Source of the DNA: Cycas panzhihuaensis
Lineage: Eukaryota; Plantae; Cycadophyta
Reading direction: 5' to 3'
Assembly: GCA_023213395.1 (NCBI GenBank)
Contig: CM041465.1
Coordinates: forward strand, 92,263,741 to 92,327,740
DNA length: 64,000 nucleotides
This document shows, one piece after another, positions 1-12,599 of the stretch (its first letter is position 1; each line of letters starts with the position of its first letter). The position numbers and the translations under genes were made by a program. The notes beneath the pieces were generated by a model, which was given only the letters and a program-made list of their open reading frames with translations, ran no database searches and was not told the DNA's origin.

Positions 1-59
1 TAAATCGTCATGGGCCAATTTAAAATCCCCAAAGGGTCGAACACACGGCTCCCATTTGG

Positions 60-300
60 TCGAGCCATGGGCGACCTAGAAGGAGGTTGTAATCCACGTC
101 AACGTCGAGGACTACAACATCGGCAAGACAGTTTGCCCCGGGTGGCGGAATCGCGACAGATCAGAGAGGGTCTTCTCGCCATCATACCCTTGGCATCGCC
201 GAGGCAGGTTCAAGGCGGAGATACCAAGCTCTTGCATAACACGCAAGGCATGGCATTGTGAAGAGCCGTTGTCGACAACAGGTTCTTCGGAGGGTACAAT
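60..300 (-). pseudogene. Retrotransposon aspartic protease domain (frameshifted)
   Basis: VVDNGSS (~261-280) and DVDYNLLLGRPWL (62-100) on the minus strand. Confidence 0.85.
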
Positions 301-1399
301 CGAGCGTATCGATCGTGATGGTGAATGGGAAGTTCCAGCGTTCCGTTCACCGTGGGAGAAGATCCTTAGGATCGAAGGAAATAGTGGGTCCGCCACCTTG
401 GGCGGCATGGCGTGGGCACATCTCCCGATCTAAAGCTTCGGGAGGAGGGCGTTGCTGGGACAACTCCTCGAGCGTCCATCAAGGACATTCTGCGGCGGCC
501 GTATGGAGCTCGTCCACGACGGAGAAGGGTTTACCCTTCCCGGTGGGTTGGGTAAGTGCCCTTGAAAGTCGTAACGACCGGGCGCACGAGGAATAGCCTT
601 GGGGAAAAGAGGATTCGGAGGAAGGGTCTCGGGAAGGGGATCGGAAGGAGCGGAAGAGCCGGCTCCATGGCTTCCTTAGCGGTTTGAGATGGCGTAAGGG
701 CGAAAGTCGGAGTTGCTTCAACATTTGAATCACCTTCTTCCCTATTAGGGGTCGTGAAGGCGACGGAGTATGGCGGCGAGAGCGAGAAGAGGAAGAAGAG
801 TTAAGGCGCCCTTCCCTTTGTCACGGGAAGAGGCGGGGATCGGTGATCTTCCTCGATTCAGTTGTTCTTGGTTTGGGGGTTGCGATCACGTTCCCCATGT
901 TTAGGAAACGGATCCTTGTGAACAGTTGGTCTAGATTAGGCCTTGAGGCCCGTTTGGGAGAGGAATCGCGTCGAGGGGCATCCTTTGGATCTTGGGCCCT
1001 AGCGTGAGTCGTCATGGAAGCAATCCCCATGAATGGAACACCACTTCTTCTCAGCGGAGGTGGACCTTCTCGCTTGGGAGGGCTAGGCGTTCCATTCACG
1101 GAAGAGGAGCTTGGGTAGTTTGTTGGACTTGTTTGTTTGAAGTAGGAGCGAAGGACCTTGAAGCTTGAGCTCCTTCATCGTGCGGCTCGAGCAGTATGGG
1201 CGAGTGAGGGGATCTAAGGTCCTCTCGGTAGGATGAGAGGAAGGCCGCGTCGGTGAGAAGGTTTAGTGTCTTTGGTAGGGGTGGTGCCTCACGGGCGTTG
1301 TGAGGCTTAAGAGGTTTCTTGAGACCGGCTTGGATCTCAATAGCCTCCAGCCAAGCACTTGGCGTCAGCGGAATCCTGCGTGGTCGCCCCATCTTGAGG

Positions 1400-2720
1400 A
1401 CTTCCACGTGGACTTGGGACGAAGTGCATTGACAACAGGTCACTTGACTCCTCGGGCAAAGTCGCCTTGGTGGAGTGAAGCGGATCGTGGAATCGCCGCA
1501 CAAAGTCACGATTCATCTCATCGTGACCTTGTTTGAGCGAGAGAGGGATTTCATCCCGCTCTCGAGATGGGCGAGCTACATCAAAATAATTGATGAACTC
1601 GTCCACCAATTCTTTGGAATGAATAGGCGAGTGGGCGGGGAGGCGATAAAACCATTTAAGGCGTCACCTGCAAGGATCGAGGAAGAGTTTCATCAAAATA
1701 TGGTCGTAAGCCCGATGTCGATGCATGCCATAGAAACTACGGACATGCTCACGGATCTTCTGACGAAGTCCCATCGAATCTAGGAACTTCGGGAGGATGA
1801 GGCGGCAAGTTGGTTCGCAACGCCTCAATAGAGAGGGTTGACCTAAAGTCCACGAAGGCGCGCCCTTGCACGAGCCGTAGGATCAACGAACGTCGAAGTG
1901 GGTGGCGCGAGGAGGCGGATGGGGTAGGACACCCATCCCTCCTGAGGAACCACCCCTTGTTGACAGGCGTGGAAAAGGGCGCCTTGGAGGCGGGATTCCC
2001 TGCGAGAGCTGGCGGATGGAGCGCATTGGATGGCGGACAAGAGGGATGCGGGCAGGGTTACGCCCATACGGGCCACCCGTAGGTGGGGCCATTCCAGTAT
2101 GGGTGTGGCGGATCCACCCATAAGCAGGAAGGCGGCTTCCCTACCACCTCAAGGTTGAGAAGTATACCACAGGGAGCGTAGAAAGAAGCACCGTGACTGG
2201 GTTGGAGGATGCGTGGGAGCAGATCCCACATTGGCGGTGGAAGGCTGGCAGGCATAGGCCTCTTAGGGCGGCATGTGCCGGATTGGGAGGCGGCACATTA
2301 GTTGGATCGGGAATGGGTATGCTAACCCCGGTGAGGGACGGACACCTGCAGTGAGAAGGCCCTAAGGCATTAGGGCCTTGATAAGGGATGGAAGGTGCCA
2401 CACGTGCCCCCACCGGGAAGCGAATGGGGCGTCTGGCGTAGGCACGAAGGGTTTGTTGTCACGGGGAAAGGCGGACGAGGATGAAGCGTGAGGGGAAGGC
2501 GAGGAGGAGGAAGAGGCTCCCTGCGCAGGACACCTCAAGCCATTCGGGACGTGGTTGAGAGCATCTTGCAGCGGCATCCGTCGAAACCTCAAGCACGTCA
2601 GCGGAGGAGTCCCCACATACCCATAAGAGGTGATCGGGACCTCGAACAAGGCATGTCCATCGAAGGTTCCTCATAAAATCGCCCAGCTGCGTGTGATCCT
2701 CGGGAGGAGCGGATCCCTCT
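1400..2720 (-). pseudogene. gag: Ty3/gypsy gag (Retrotrans_gag core ~1400-1800 plus Pro-rich N-terminal part), many 1-nt frameshifts
   Basis: ORF 1337..1609 contains LKQ..E...DFVRRF. Upstream frames give PRFDG...DP.EH and GDALKWFY. 'FYEE...LFEVPI' (~2630-2680) parallels 'FEYEEELLLYEVPL' in the gag at ~23041. Confidence 0.8.
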
Positions 2721-2899
2721 GGCGTGGGTAGAAGGGCGGGGAGCACAAGAAGGTGTTGATCGATCGGGTAGTAAAGGAGTCGTCACCCTCTTGGGTGGAC
2801 TCGGGAATAATGAAGGAAGAGCTTGGGTTTCCATAGCAAGGCGTGGTAGGTCAATCGGAAGAGTACCCTTCCATAGTCGGATCGGGATCCGAGCGAGGC

Positions 2900-5640
2900 A
2901 AGAAGGCTATACTCGGGGTCTTCTAACAAAGGGGTAGGCCAATGACGGCGAGAAAGCAGGCGCATGCAAGGTCGGCCAAGCGATGTCGGGAAAGAGAAGG
3001 AGCGGTATAACACACGCGTTGGGGGCGCCCAGCGTGGAGGTCAAGACGGTATAGAAAGGATCACGCAGTGGCGAAACCAGCAGAAGAGGCGAGACTAGCT
3101 CCCTTCTTGGCACTCCCAGGTATGGTCGATGGGCCAGCCTCTGGGATAACCTTTGGCCCGATAGGCGGGAGAGATGGTGGCGAAGCGGTGGGAAGTGGAA
3201 CCTACAAGGCAAGCAACTACCTTGAGGCGCCCGTCTTGTGGGAGGCCTTGAGTTCGGGATCTGCAATGGAGTATGGCTACTCTTGGGTGACCCTTCACCA
3301 CAGGCGAAGGCGAAGATCGTGGGGCAGAACCGGGTTGACACAGGAGTAGGCCCCTCCACCCTTGGGTGGCGGAAGGAGAGAGAAAGAACCTAACAAGGAT
3401 AGGCCAAGAACAATCCCACGCAATCTAGCCGGGTGTCTGACGATGCGGGAAGCAAGGCGCTCGGCGGCTAGGAAGAGGGAGGAAGGGTAAGAGAGAAAGA
3501 CTCCTACAACCTTTCCTCTGAATAACAAAAGTACATGCAACAAGGCAAACAAATCGCAAACCAATACAAAAGGTAATTTTCCTTTTAATCTTTCGATGTT
3601 CTAATTACTAGGAAAAGAATAAAGAAGGAAAAAGACCGAGGGTAGCGAAGGAGCAGGTGTGCACACAGGCAAGGCGTGAGAGATGGCGTAGCCAGGGAGC
3701 ACCCAACCACTCACGCGCGTATCGGATGTGAAATGTGGCGGCGGCGAGCAGGGCTTCCTTACCTTCCCGGGAAAAATAAATCGTCTAGAAGGAAGGAAAA
3801 GCGCTAACTAGCAAATGAGATAGCATAAAATATGACACATGCAAGGGGCGCTTCTGGGTGGAAGGGGCAGGCAACGTTCTCCGTGGCGTCCAGTACTGTA
3901 AGCAACAAAGGTCTCCCTCTTGGGGAGACACCTATATGCAACACAAAGATCTAGCAATATATGTCTAACAACATAAGCGAGAGTCTAAATGTACATGCAT
4001 CGGTGTTGGTCAATAAGGAAAATACCAAGAAGAGCGATCTAAATGAAAGGAAACAACAAGGTAAGCCTCGGGTGGCCTACCACCGCAAATGGTGCCCAAA
4101 CCTCTCCCCAAGAGCCACGGGCGTGAGGAGAAAGTCAAGACTCAAGGGTGGAAGCAGGCGCAAGAAGGGGCAAGAAAGACCCAAAGACACCCACAGGGAA
4201 GGATGCTACGGGAGCAAAGAGTAGCAGGGAGCAAAGGTGGAGCAAGAACACCGCGGTTGGGGCCTATGGATGGCACCCAAACTGAATAAAGGGTCCCAAA
4301 TCAATGCGCAACTTGTGATTTGGTTTGGGCAACCAAGGGAGCCTTGAACCCTTGTTTGCAAGCCAAGAGTAGCAGCAGGCGAGAGGGAGGCTTTGGAGGC
4401 TTTGAGCAGCTTGGGAGGCGTGGAAGGTGGTGCGGAATCCACCCGGCTCTGTCCAAAGCCTATGCAACCTCAGCGCTTGCCTTGACAAGATGACGCAGCG
4501 AAGCGGAGGAGAGTGGTACAGCGGTCCTCAAGAGGAGGAAAACCAACTCTCAAGCAACAAATGAAAACAAATAGTGAAGTGTAAATATCACCAAAAACAA
4601 ATACAAAGTGAAGGGTACACAGAAAGGGAGGCAAGGATTAGCCCCGCCCAAAGGCGTGAAGAAATTTGGAACAAAGCCCTGAATCTGGAATAGAGTAGGC
4701 CAGGGGCCTGCTATGGAGGTGGAGCAGGAAACACACGCAAGCAGGGAGCTCGTGGTGCTGGGTAGAAAGCAGTGGAAACAGCTTCAAAGGAGCCCTCTCC
4801 AAAGGCGTTTGAGGGGAGAGAATGTCTCGGCCAAGCCAAAGGAGGCTGGTATGTATGAAGAGTCTTGAGTCCGATTGTTGCAAAGACAAGCAGAAGAGAA
4901 GGCGAGGAGAGTGTTCCTCTTGAGAGTAAATCCAAAAGTGAGCCAAAAGATCCCCAAAAAGAGCCAAAAGATGTTTAAGTACTAAAGCAAAACCCTAAAA
5001 TGCCTTGAATAGGGCACGGTGGGAGGGAGAAAAGGCGCGAACCACGTGGCGGTTCGCAATAAATGCGAAATTGCCACGGTTTAAAAACAAGCAGAGGCAG
5101 TCGTCTGCGGAAATTTTAGCGGTCTGCGAATATTCGGTGATGCCGCGAAAATTCGTGATACCGAAGATCACAATGCAGCGAAGATTCTGCGGTATGCACG
5201 GAGACACAAATGGGGCCCTGGCCGGTCAGTGAGGGGCAAGCGGCGAAAAGGCTAAGGACAACTAAAACACCCACGGGAGCAAACAAGCCAAGAAAGCAGG
5301 CCCAGGGAGGCGAAATAGGCCCCAAATGAGGTGGCAAGCTAACCAAGCGGCGATGAGACATCACACGGGTGGAGGTGGCGCAAACTTGGTGGATCCAGGA
5401 GAGGAGGCGAGATGCGGGAAATGTCTGGTCACCAGGTGCCACACTCGCTAAGAGTGTGCCCACTATAGTCGTCATAGGCTAAACATAGGTGTGGGCGGCG
5501 ACCGGGCCGCCCACAAAGTCATACGCATGCAAATATGTGGCGAGACAATCGGTACATAAAAGTGATGATAATGCTAGTGACATACACACTTACACAGTCG
5601 GTGATTCCGTATCCATTCCGGGCCAGGAAAGCAGTTCCCA
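2900..5640 (-). repeat. Probable long 5' LTR/leader of the CpG-rich element
   Basis: Non-coding region upstream of gag. Its right end (CTTAC...CCATTCC...AGGAAA.CAGT) resembles the end of the insert at ~25960-26012. PBS and partner LTR not located. Confidence 0.5.
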
Positions 5641-5774
5641 TATAGGGTTTTCATAAATAAGATAAAGCAGAGACTTACTCTTATTCTTCTATGCTCAGAA
5701 GAGGTTTTCATGAAGAGAATAGAGTATGATGATCCTGTTACCATCTTCTTTGATCAGTTGAGGATGGAGGTCCT

Positions 5775-8700
5775 AAGGTTGAGCTGCCTTTGGAACTATT
5801 CAAACTTCACCTTTTGCAGTAGTTTGGTGAAGATATCGGCCACTTAATCTATTGTGGGACAGTATTCTAGTTAAATTATACCATCATGAACAAGTTCCCT
5901 AATCTTGTGGACTTTTATACTTATGTGTTTAGTACAATCGTGAAATACAAGATTTTTTGCCATGCAAATTACTGATTGATTATCCATATGAAGACTTGTA
6001 GGAATTATTTAGATGATATTTAATGTTTTTAATAATTTTCTCAGCCATATCACCTCCTTACTAGTCTTAGAAGCAGCAATGTATTCAGCTTTGGTAGTTG
6101 AATCTATAATTATCTTCTGCCATCTAGATCTCTATGATATCGGTGTTGTTCTAAGAAATATTACATACCCAAACATGGATCTTCTTGTATCTTTAGCTCC
6201 TACAAAATCTGAGTATGCAGAAAGTTTGAAGTCTGAATTAGGTTCATACAACAGACCATATGTGTTGGTCATCTTAAGGTATCTCAACACTCACACTATT
6301 GTCTGCCAATGATTCTACTTAAGATTTATCATGTAATGAGCAAGAATGCCAACAACGTATGCAATATCTGGCCTTATATTAGTAGTGTAGATGAGACTAC
6401 CTATAAGTTTCTTGTAGAGTATTATGTCTGCCTCCCTAGTGTCACCTTTAGCTAAGAGTTTGGTATTAGGATCCATAGGTAAAACCACTAGTCAAGCATC
6501 TTCTAATTGAAACTTGGTTAGAATATCATTAATGTATTTTTCTTGGGAGAGGAAATTTTTTCTATTATTTTGTGTTACTTCAATTCCAAAGTAATATTTT
6601 ATTAAACCAAGGTCATACAATTCAAACATTTTGCCAAGATCTTTTTTTTGTTGGCTTCTTGTCTATTCACTATTACCTATTACTAGCATGTCATCCATAA
6701 AGATTATGAGATAAGTAACTTTACCTTTGTGGCACTTGATAAATAATATTGTATCAATATCTTAGTAGTCACAAACCTCATATCTAAGTTACCTCATTCT
6801 TTCAGACAGCGTAGTAAACCAAGCACAAGGGACTTGTTTAAGGCTGTACAAGGACTTTCTGAGTCTGCAAACCTTATGCTCTTGACCTTTGATCTCATAT
6901 CCTTCTGGTTGAGCCATATAAATTTCTTCTTCAAGATCCCCATTAAGAAACGCAATCTTAATATTGAGTTGGTGTATTTTCCAACCTTGTTAAGTAGCCA
7001 AGGCCACAAGAGATCTAATTGTAGGCCACTTGGTTATAGGTGTAAAAACTTCAGTATAGTCAATGCCTTTCCTTTGTGTAAATCCTTTAGCAACCAACCT
7101 CGCCTTATGTTTTTCAAGGGTGTTGTCTTATCTATATTTGTTTTTAAACACTTATTTATTTTAAACTACGTTTTTGCCAAGTGGTAGATCAATGAACTCC
7201 CATGTACCGTTCTTGATAAGAGATTGGTACTCTTCATTTATGGCATTTCTACATGTTGTATGCTTTACAGTGTCTTGGTATATTAAGGGCTCTTCATTAA
7301 GAATAAGGTGTAATTCTACTAGTTCAAGCTTAGTATATAATGATTCCTACATCCTTGCTCTATGGGCACTTTGAGTGCCAGTTTTACCCACCTCATCTGG
7401 TCGTATGTCCTTATTGAGCTAGCAATCTTCTCGAGATCCTCGAGTTGGGAATGAGGTCCTCATTTCCTCAACTTCTTAGTTCTCATCTTGTTCATTAAAA
7501 TGATCATTTTTTGAGGAGGATGTTGATGTGCCTGAGGAAGATTGTCCTTCTACCACTATTTTGCCTTTGTCAATTGAAGGTGGAGAAGATGGTTCTTCTA
7601 TAATGGCTTTTCCTTTGTTAACTCTATTATCTTCAAAGGATAGTGTTGGATATGTACTCATCGATTCAAAGTCACAATTTGTATCCTCTGAGGCTTTATT
7701 GTCAGCTTCTAATATTTGAAGTAATTTATCTATGTCTCATCCCCCAAATTTTGGAATCTAAACATCATACTTGAAAATATTATTACAGTGGTGTGAGGGT
7801 ATTTTAGAGTTAATTTTAAGTAACTAATCCTCTATCTCTCTAAAAATGACATCTCTGGTAATGATGACTTTTTGTTGTGAAGGTATAAAGACCTTATACC
7901 CTTTCTTATCCATAGGGTATCCAACAAAGATACCTTTAAGTTCCCTTAGTTGGAGCTTATTTCGATCTGAATCTAGAATGTGGACATAATACGTAGAGCT
8001 AAATTTTTTGAAGAAGTGAATAATGGGGGATTATTCTGACCACTTTTCTTAGATGATCATACTTCCTTTGATGGGCTAACAGCATTGATATAATAAATAT
8101 ATGTCCAAATAGCTTTAGTCCATAGGTAAGCAGGTACATTTTTGTATACTAACATAGCACGAGCCATGTTCATGATGGTCTTATTCATGTGCTCAACAAC
8201 TCCATTTTGTTATGGGGTACCTGCTACTATTGTTTGATGCTTGATGCCATTGTCTTGAAGGTAGCTTTCAAACTCATATGAGGTATATTCATAACCATTA
8301 TCAGTTTGAAGATATTTAAGGTAATAACCTAACTCTTTTTCAGTGTAGAGTTTGAATTCTTTGAATATACGGAAGGCTTCATTTTTCTTGTGTAGAAAAG
8401 CTACCCATACTTTTCTAGTGAAATTATAAATGAAAGAAATGTAATATAAATTTCCCTTCAGTGAAGGAATGGCCATTGGTCCACACAGATCAGAGTATAC
8501 CAATTATAATGGATGGCTCAATTCCCATTGACTTTTGTGAAAGGGTTATCAATGAGATTTAGCAATGATATAAGCTTCACATTTAAAGGGCTTAGAGGAG
8601 AACTTTGGAATATTTGGAAGAGTGTTAAAAAGATCTCTAAATCTGACACTATGAACATGGCCCATGCGAGCATGCCAAAGAGCTTTTAGTGACAACTTTG

Positions 8701-10337
8701 GATGGGTCAAGATGGAATTAAATGCAAAATCTTCATCGGCACAAGGGCTTTAGGCACAATGGGTTTAAAAAGATAGAGAGCCATTCAGTCGAAAGAATTT
8801 ACCAGAGAGATGTCCAGTCAAGACTATTTGATTAATTAGAGGGCGAATGACCTAGAGAGTCTATTTATTTATGATTACACTTAGATTAAATCCATGAGAG
8901 ACAAGTGTGGATAAGGAGAGTAGGTTTTATTTGAGATTGGATATATATAAGACATCAAGCAATGTAAAATCTTTTAAGCCTAGGAGTTTCTGGTGAATGT
9001 TACCAATTCCTTCAATAGTTGTTATGATTTATCAGCCATGTAAACAACTCCTTGAATATTTAAGTCAAATGTCTGATATAGACTATGATTATATGTTATA
9101 TATTGAGTTACTCCTCTATCCATGATTCATTGTCCTTCGATTGAAGCCATACTATTTACAATTCCAATAGGGCTTGGCATTGGTGAAGGGAATTCACAAG
9201 TGATATATCTACATTGAGCTTCAAAGTATCTCTTTGGTTGGTCAATGGAATTTGATGTTGAAGATCCATTAATTCTTTGAAAGTGTGCTTGTACAAAACT
9301 TACACCACTAAATGATTCTTCACAAGTTTCTTCAATATTGTGAGCTCCATGTTTTAGTTGGAACTTGGCCAACTTATAAGTGGCAGTTATGCAATCTTTT
9401 ATTAAGTGTCCTTTATGGTTTTACCAATCATACATAATAGTTTGATTACTAGTCCCTAAAGAGGCACTGGTTTGGCCTTATTATCTTGCTCTTTGTTGAG
9501 GTAGGCCTTAGCCTTGAGATTGTCAGGGTTGTAACTGAGGGTTTGATTGACCTTGTGGATGATTTCCCATATTTCTTCCTCTTCCTCCTCCTCTTGCTTG
9601 ATTGTTTCCTCTGCCACGAGAGGGACCTTGATTTTTTATGTAGCAAACTTCTTCTTCTACCTTAAAGGCTGCATCTGAAAGAGAGTTAGAGGCTACAAAG
9701 TTGGTATCAAAGGTCTTGTCAAATTCTATGAACTTCTCAGCAAGTGCTTTGAAGTTGAGTGTCTTCAATGTTCCACTAGATTGAAGACTTCTAGGCAAGT
9801 TTTATAATCGAAGATATGTAAACATGATTAGATCAAGAATGCCCAAGTGATATATTAGGTCTTAAAATATTTATTAATTACTTATTTAATTGGTCAAAGG
9901 AGATTTATTATCTCATGAACTTATCCCTTCTATATTTTTAATTTGTTCATTTTCAAAACAAGATGAACAAATTCTAAATCTAACTTGGTATCAAAGTTCT
10001 TCTTCTTAAGAACTTTAAGGACCTTCTAGGCTGTATCATGTTACTCTTCATTAATCAAGTTGTGCAAGGAGTGATCAGTAACTAATAGAATTCTTACATT
10101 AATCTTTTTATCATCTAGCTCCCATTGTAGTTTGGCTGTAGCATCTGTAGGAGCTTTTGGGGTGGATCCACCAGAAGCACGTGGTGTAGTTATTTCTAGT
10201 ATAATGGGTGTCGGTTACAAGTGGGCTCTCCAAAGGCCTTCATACTTTGTAGCATTTTAAACTCTAGTGTACCACAAATCCTAATTTTCTTTGCCTTTCA
10301 ATATACAGTTAACATTCTGCTTGAATTAAGATGACAT
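5775..10337 (-). pseudogene. Copia gag-pol polyprotein, many stops and frameshifts
   Basis: LKGKEN*DLW (gag, ~10300), GHLIKDC Zn knuckle (~9410), *IMDRG protease (~9120), LWHARMGH (~8670), VYSDLCGP...LQTDNGYEY integrase (ORF 8210..8503), RT ~6300-7300, RNase H ending ADIFTKLL (~5830). Confidence 0.93.
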
Positions 10338-12259
10338 GGTGATGATGAAGAAGTAGAAGAGATGATAAAAGTATGTGGCTAGTACACTTGGTGCAGCAGG
10401 AATATAGAAATGAATGCTATGGTGAGAAGCAAACAATAATTAAGTATTTTTCAATAACTATGAAAAATGAGCATAAGCAATGATGCAAGAATAAGGCTTA
10501 ATGTAGAGTTGGCAAAGAGTAGTGATGTGTCATGCCATTAACCTCTCACTTATGTCCCAATGTAGGTGAGGTTTTGATGCATAAGGCTTTTAGTATATGA
10601 TTAGGGCCTTCACCTGCGATACCCGCACCTATGCTTGGTGATGAAATCTAAGTCATAGTGAAACCCAAGTACTCCCAATCCTCACCCAGTTTACCAATAA
10701 GTAGCTATATACCTCCTATGAAGAGTCAAACAATATGTGCATATCCCACAGCTATGATAAATACTGGACCGGGTTAATTTTAATCTTACATTAAGGTTTT
10801 CAGTTTTTCTGGGTGGTTATCAGGATTATCCCTGATTGGAGACTGTAAGTATGGCTAACCTGTCCCTCCACCACTATTCCAATTAAGACTAGACCTACTA
10901 TGAAACTTATACCTCTCTTAGGGCCTCGACTTTAGCCAACGATGGCCTATTTCAACCAAAGCAAGTGTGCGCACAAGTCAAGAGCTTGCGGTATAGTTTG
11001 TACGGATGAGATTCTTTTTAGGAATAATGTAAGTTGTTTCTAAATAATTGAAAACTAAAATAGAAAGTTACCAAATGTGCTTGCTTACTTTTCATGCTTA
11101 TTTTTTTGTTGTTGTTGCTTTTATAATGCTTTATGCTATGTGTGTAAATAGAAAAAGCATGCTAGATTTAGCAGGGAAACCGGATGTTGCTTTCGATCCA
11201 AGTTTTCCCTTGGTTTAGTATAATATTTTTAAATATGTTTTTAGAAATTTTAATATAAAATTCATAATGAGATAAAATGTGAATCAACTTGTCGCTAAAA
11301 TACTAATTTTTCTAAATCTATATGCATGCTATTTTGCCCTATTTTGTGATTTTTTTACAAAATTTACAAATAATGATAAATGGGTAAATTTTTCTAAAAA
11401 TTACAAATATGAAGGCCTAAATGATGAAATCTGAGTTTATGGCAGAAGAAAAAAGTTTTTTGAATGTCATTTATAATAGCGTAGTGAAGTCATATTTCTA
11501 AAAAGGCATAAAATTTTTTATGCTAAAAAAAGCACAAAAGCAGAATCTTATTAGATCCACTATCTCAAAATCTAAACTTTAATATGCTAAAAGTTATGTT
11601 TTGACATGAGCATCAACTTTCCCTTCTACACCATCTCCAAAATCATCCAAAAAATTACCCAAAAAGACCTCGCAATATCCTTTATGGGGTTGAATAGGTA
11701 AATTTAACATCTATGAGAAAACTACATAAATCTCACTAACCAGTAGATGAAATTTGATGAGATTTATCTTAAACTAATCATAAGACATAAATCTACTAGA
11801 TCCATTAAAATAAAATTTTAGATTTTTAACTTATAATTAAAGGATTTCATTGGGAAAAGTACCTTAAGTCACTTATCCACAAATTTTACCCTATATTTTC
11901 AGCTAAAACTTATTACTGTAGGTTGAATTTGAAGTTTCTCCATTAGAAAAAAATGATCCTCTAGTCAAGGTAACCTTACATACCAAATTTCACCAAAATC
12001 TAAGATGGTCAAATTTTTCATGAAATTTTAGGCCTTTATTACTTCCAGGATTGTTCCAGTAGTTGAACAGCTTCAAACTTATTTTCTTCACCTCTAAATT
12101 TCTACACACATAGGGAAAGTATCAACATATAAATTACTATAATTTTAATCTCTCAAAATATTAAAAATAATTAATACACTCTCAATACTACACATTAAAG
12201 GTGAAGGAGAGACAAAATAACTCCATGCAAGTGGAATGGAGTAAATAGATCCCCTTCTA

Positions 12260-12271
12260 GCTCTGATACCA
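12260..12271 (-). promoter_or_regulatory. Primer binding site, tRNA-Met(i)
   Basis: gctctgatacca is the reverse complement of TGGTATCAGAGC. Confidence 0.92.
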
Positions 12272-12273
12272 CT

Positions 12274-12522
12274 TGAAGGGATGATAGATCTAGGGAATAA
12301 ATCACTCACATGCACATAATGGCAATGGAGAATGAAAAGGATATGAAACAAGATATAGGAGCAGGCTTAGAGGTGAGAATGAATAATGACTCCCTCTTGG
12401 AGATTTTGCCTTTTATTATTAAGGGTGAGCATTAGGATTAGGATTTTCCTGACTAATGATATGAACCTAAAATTACATCTAAATGCACATAAAGTGCATT
12501 TTTTAAGAGACTAATGCTAACA
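12274..12522 (-). repeat. 5' LTR of the copia element (~250 bp)
   Basis: TG at 12274 is 2 nt from the PBS. Candidate outer end ...ctaaca at 12522, beyond which gypsy pol sequence resumes. The outer end is not confirmed by a second LTR. Confidence 0.65.
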
Positions 12523-12599
12523 ATATATCCTAAGGTCATATAATTAATCTACACAAATGACCTTCATATATTAACCTCTTTCAAATAAGAGGCCAGGTT

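Larger units (their letters stand above)
1..5640 (-). mobile_element. CpG-rich non-chromoviral Ty3/gypsy (Tat/Athila-like) retrotransposon, 5' part (LTR/leader, gag, protease); continues off the left edge
   Basis: Minus strand gives gag-like 'LMKLF..SL.GDALKWFYRLP', 'F..YF...LSLKQGHDEMNRDFVRRF' and protease motifs 'VVDNGSS' and 'DVDYNLLLGRPWL'. GC and CpG content drop sharply at ~5640. The right boundary is approximate. Confidence 0.85.
5641..12522 (-). mobile_element. Decayed Ty1/copia retrotransposon (5' LTR, PBS-Met, ~1.9-kb leader, gag-pol); 3' LTR not in window
   Basis: Domain order gag-PR-INT-RT-RH on the minus strand. PBS TGGTATCAGAGC at 12260-12271, next to an LTR end (CA on minus at 12274). 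Confidence 0.92.

Noticed and set aside
3024-3037. ggcgcccagcgtgg, resembling a tRNA-Lys PBS
   Set aside because: It is on the plus strand while the element is on the minus strand, and it lacks the leading TGG and an adjacent LTR end.
10-5475. Dense overlapping short ORFs on both strands suggesting a gene-rich or bacterial island
   Set aside because: Expected by chance at high GC. The only recognisable motifs are gypsy gag and protease.
5578-5582. TGACA as the LTR terminus of the young element
   Set aside because: CpG-rich sequence and similarity to the 26012 end continue to ~5640, so the boundary was placed there. It remains unconfirmed.
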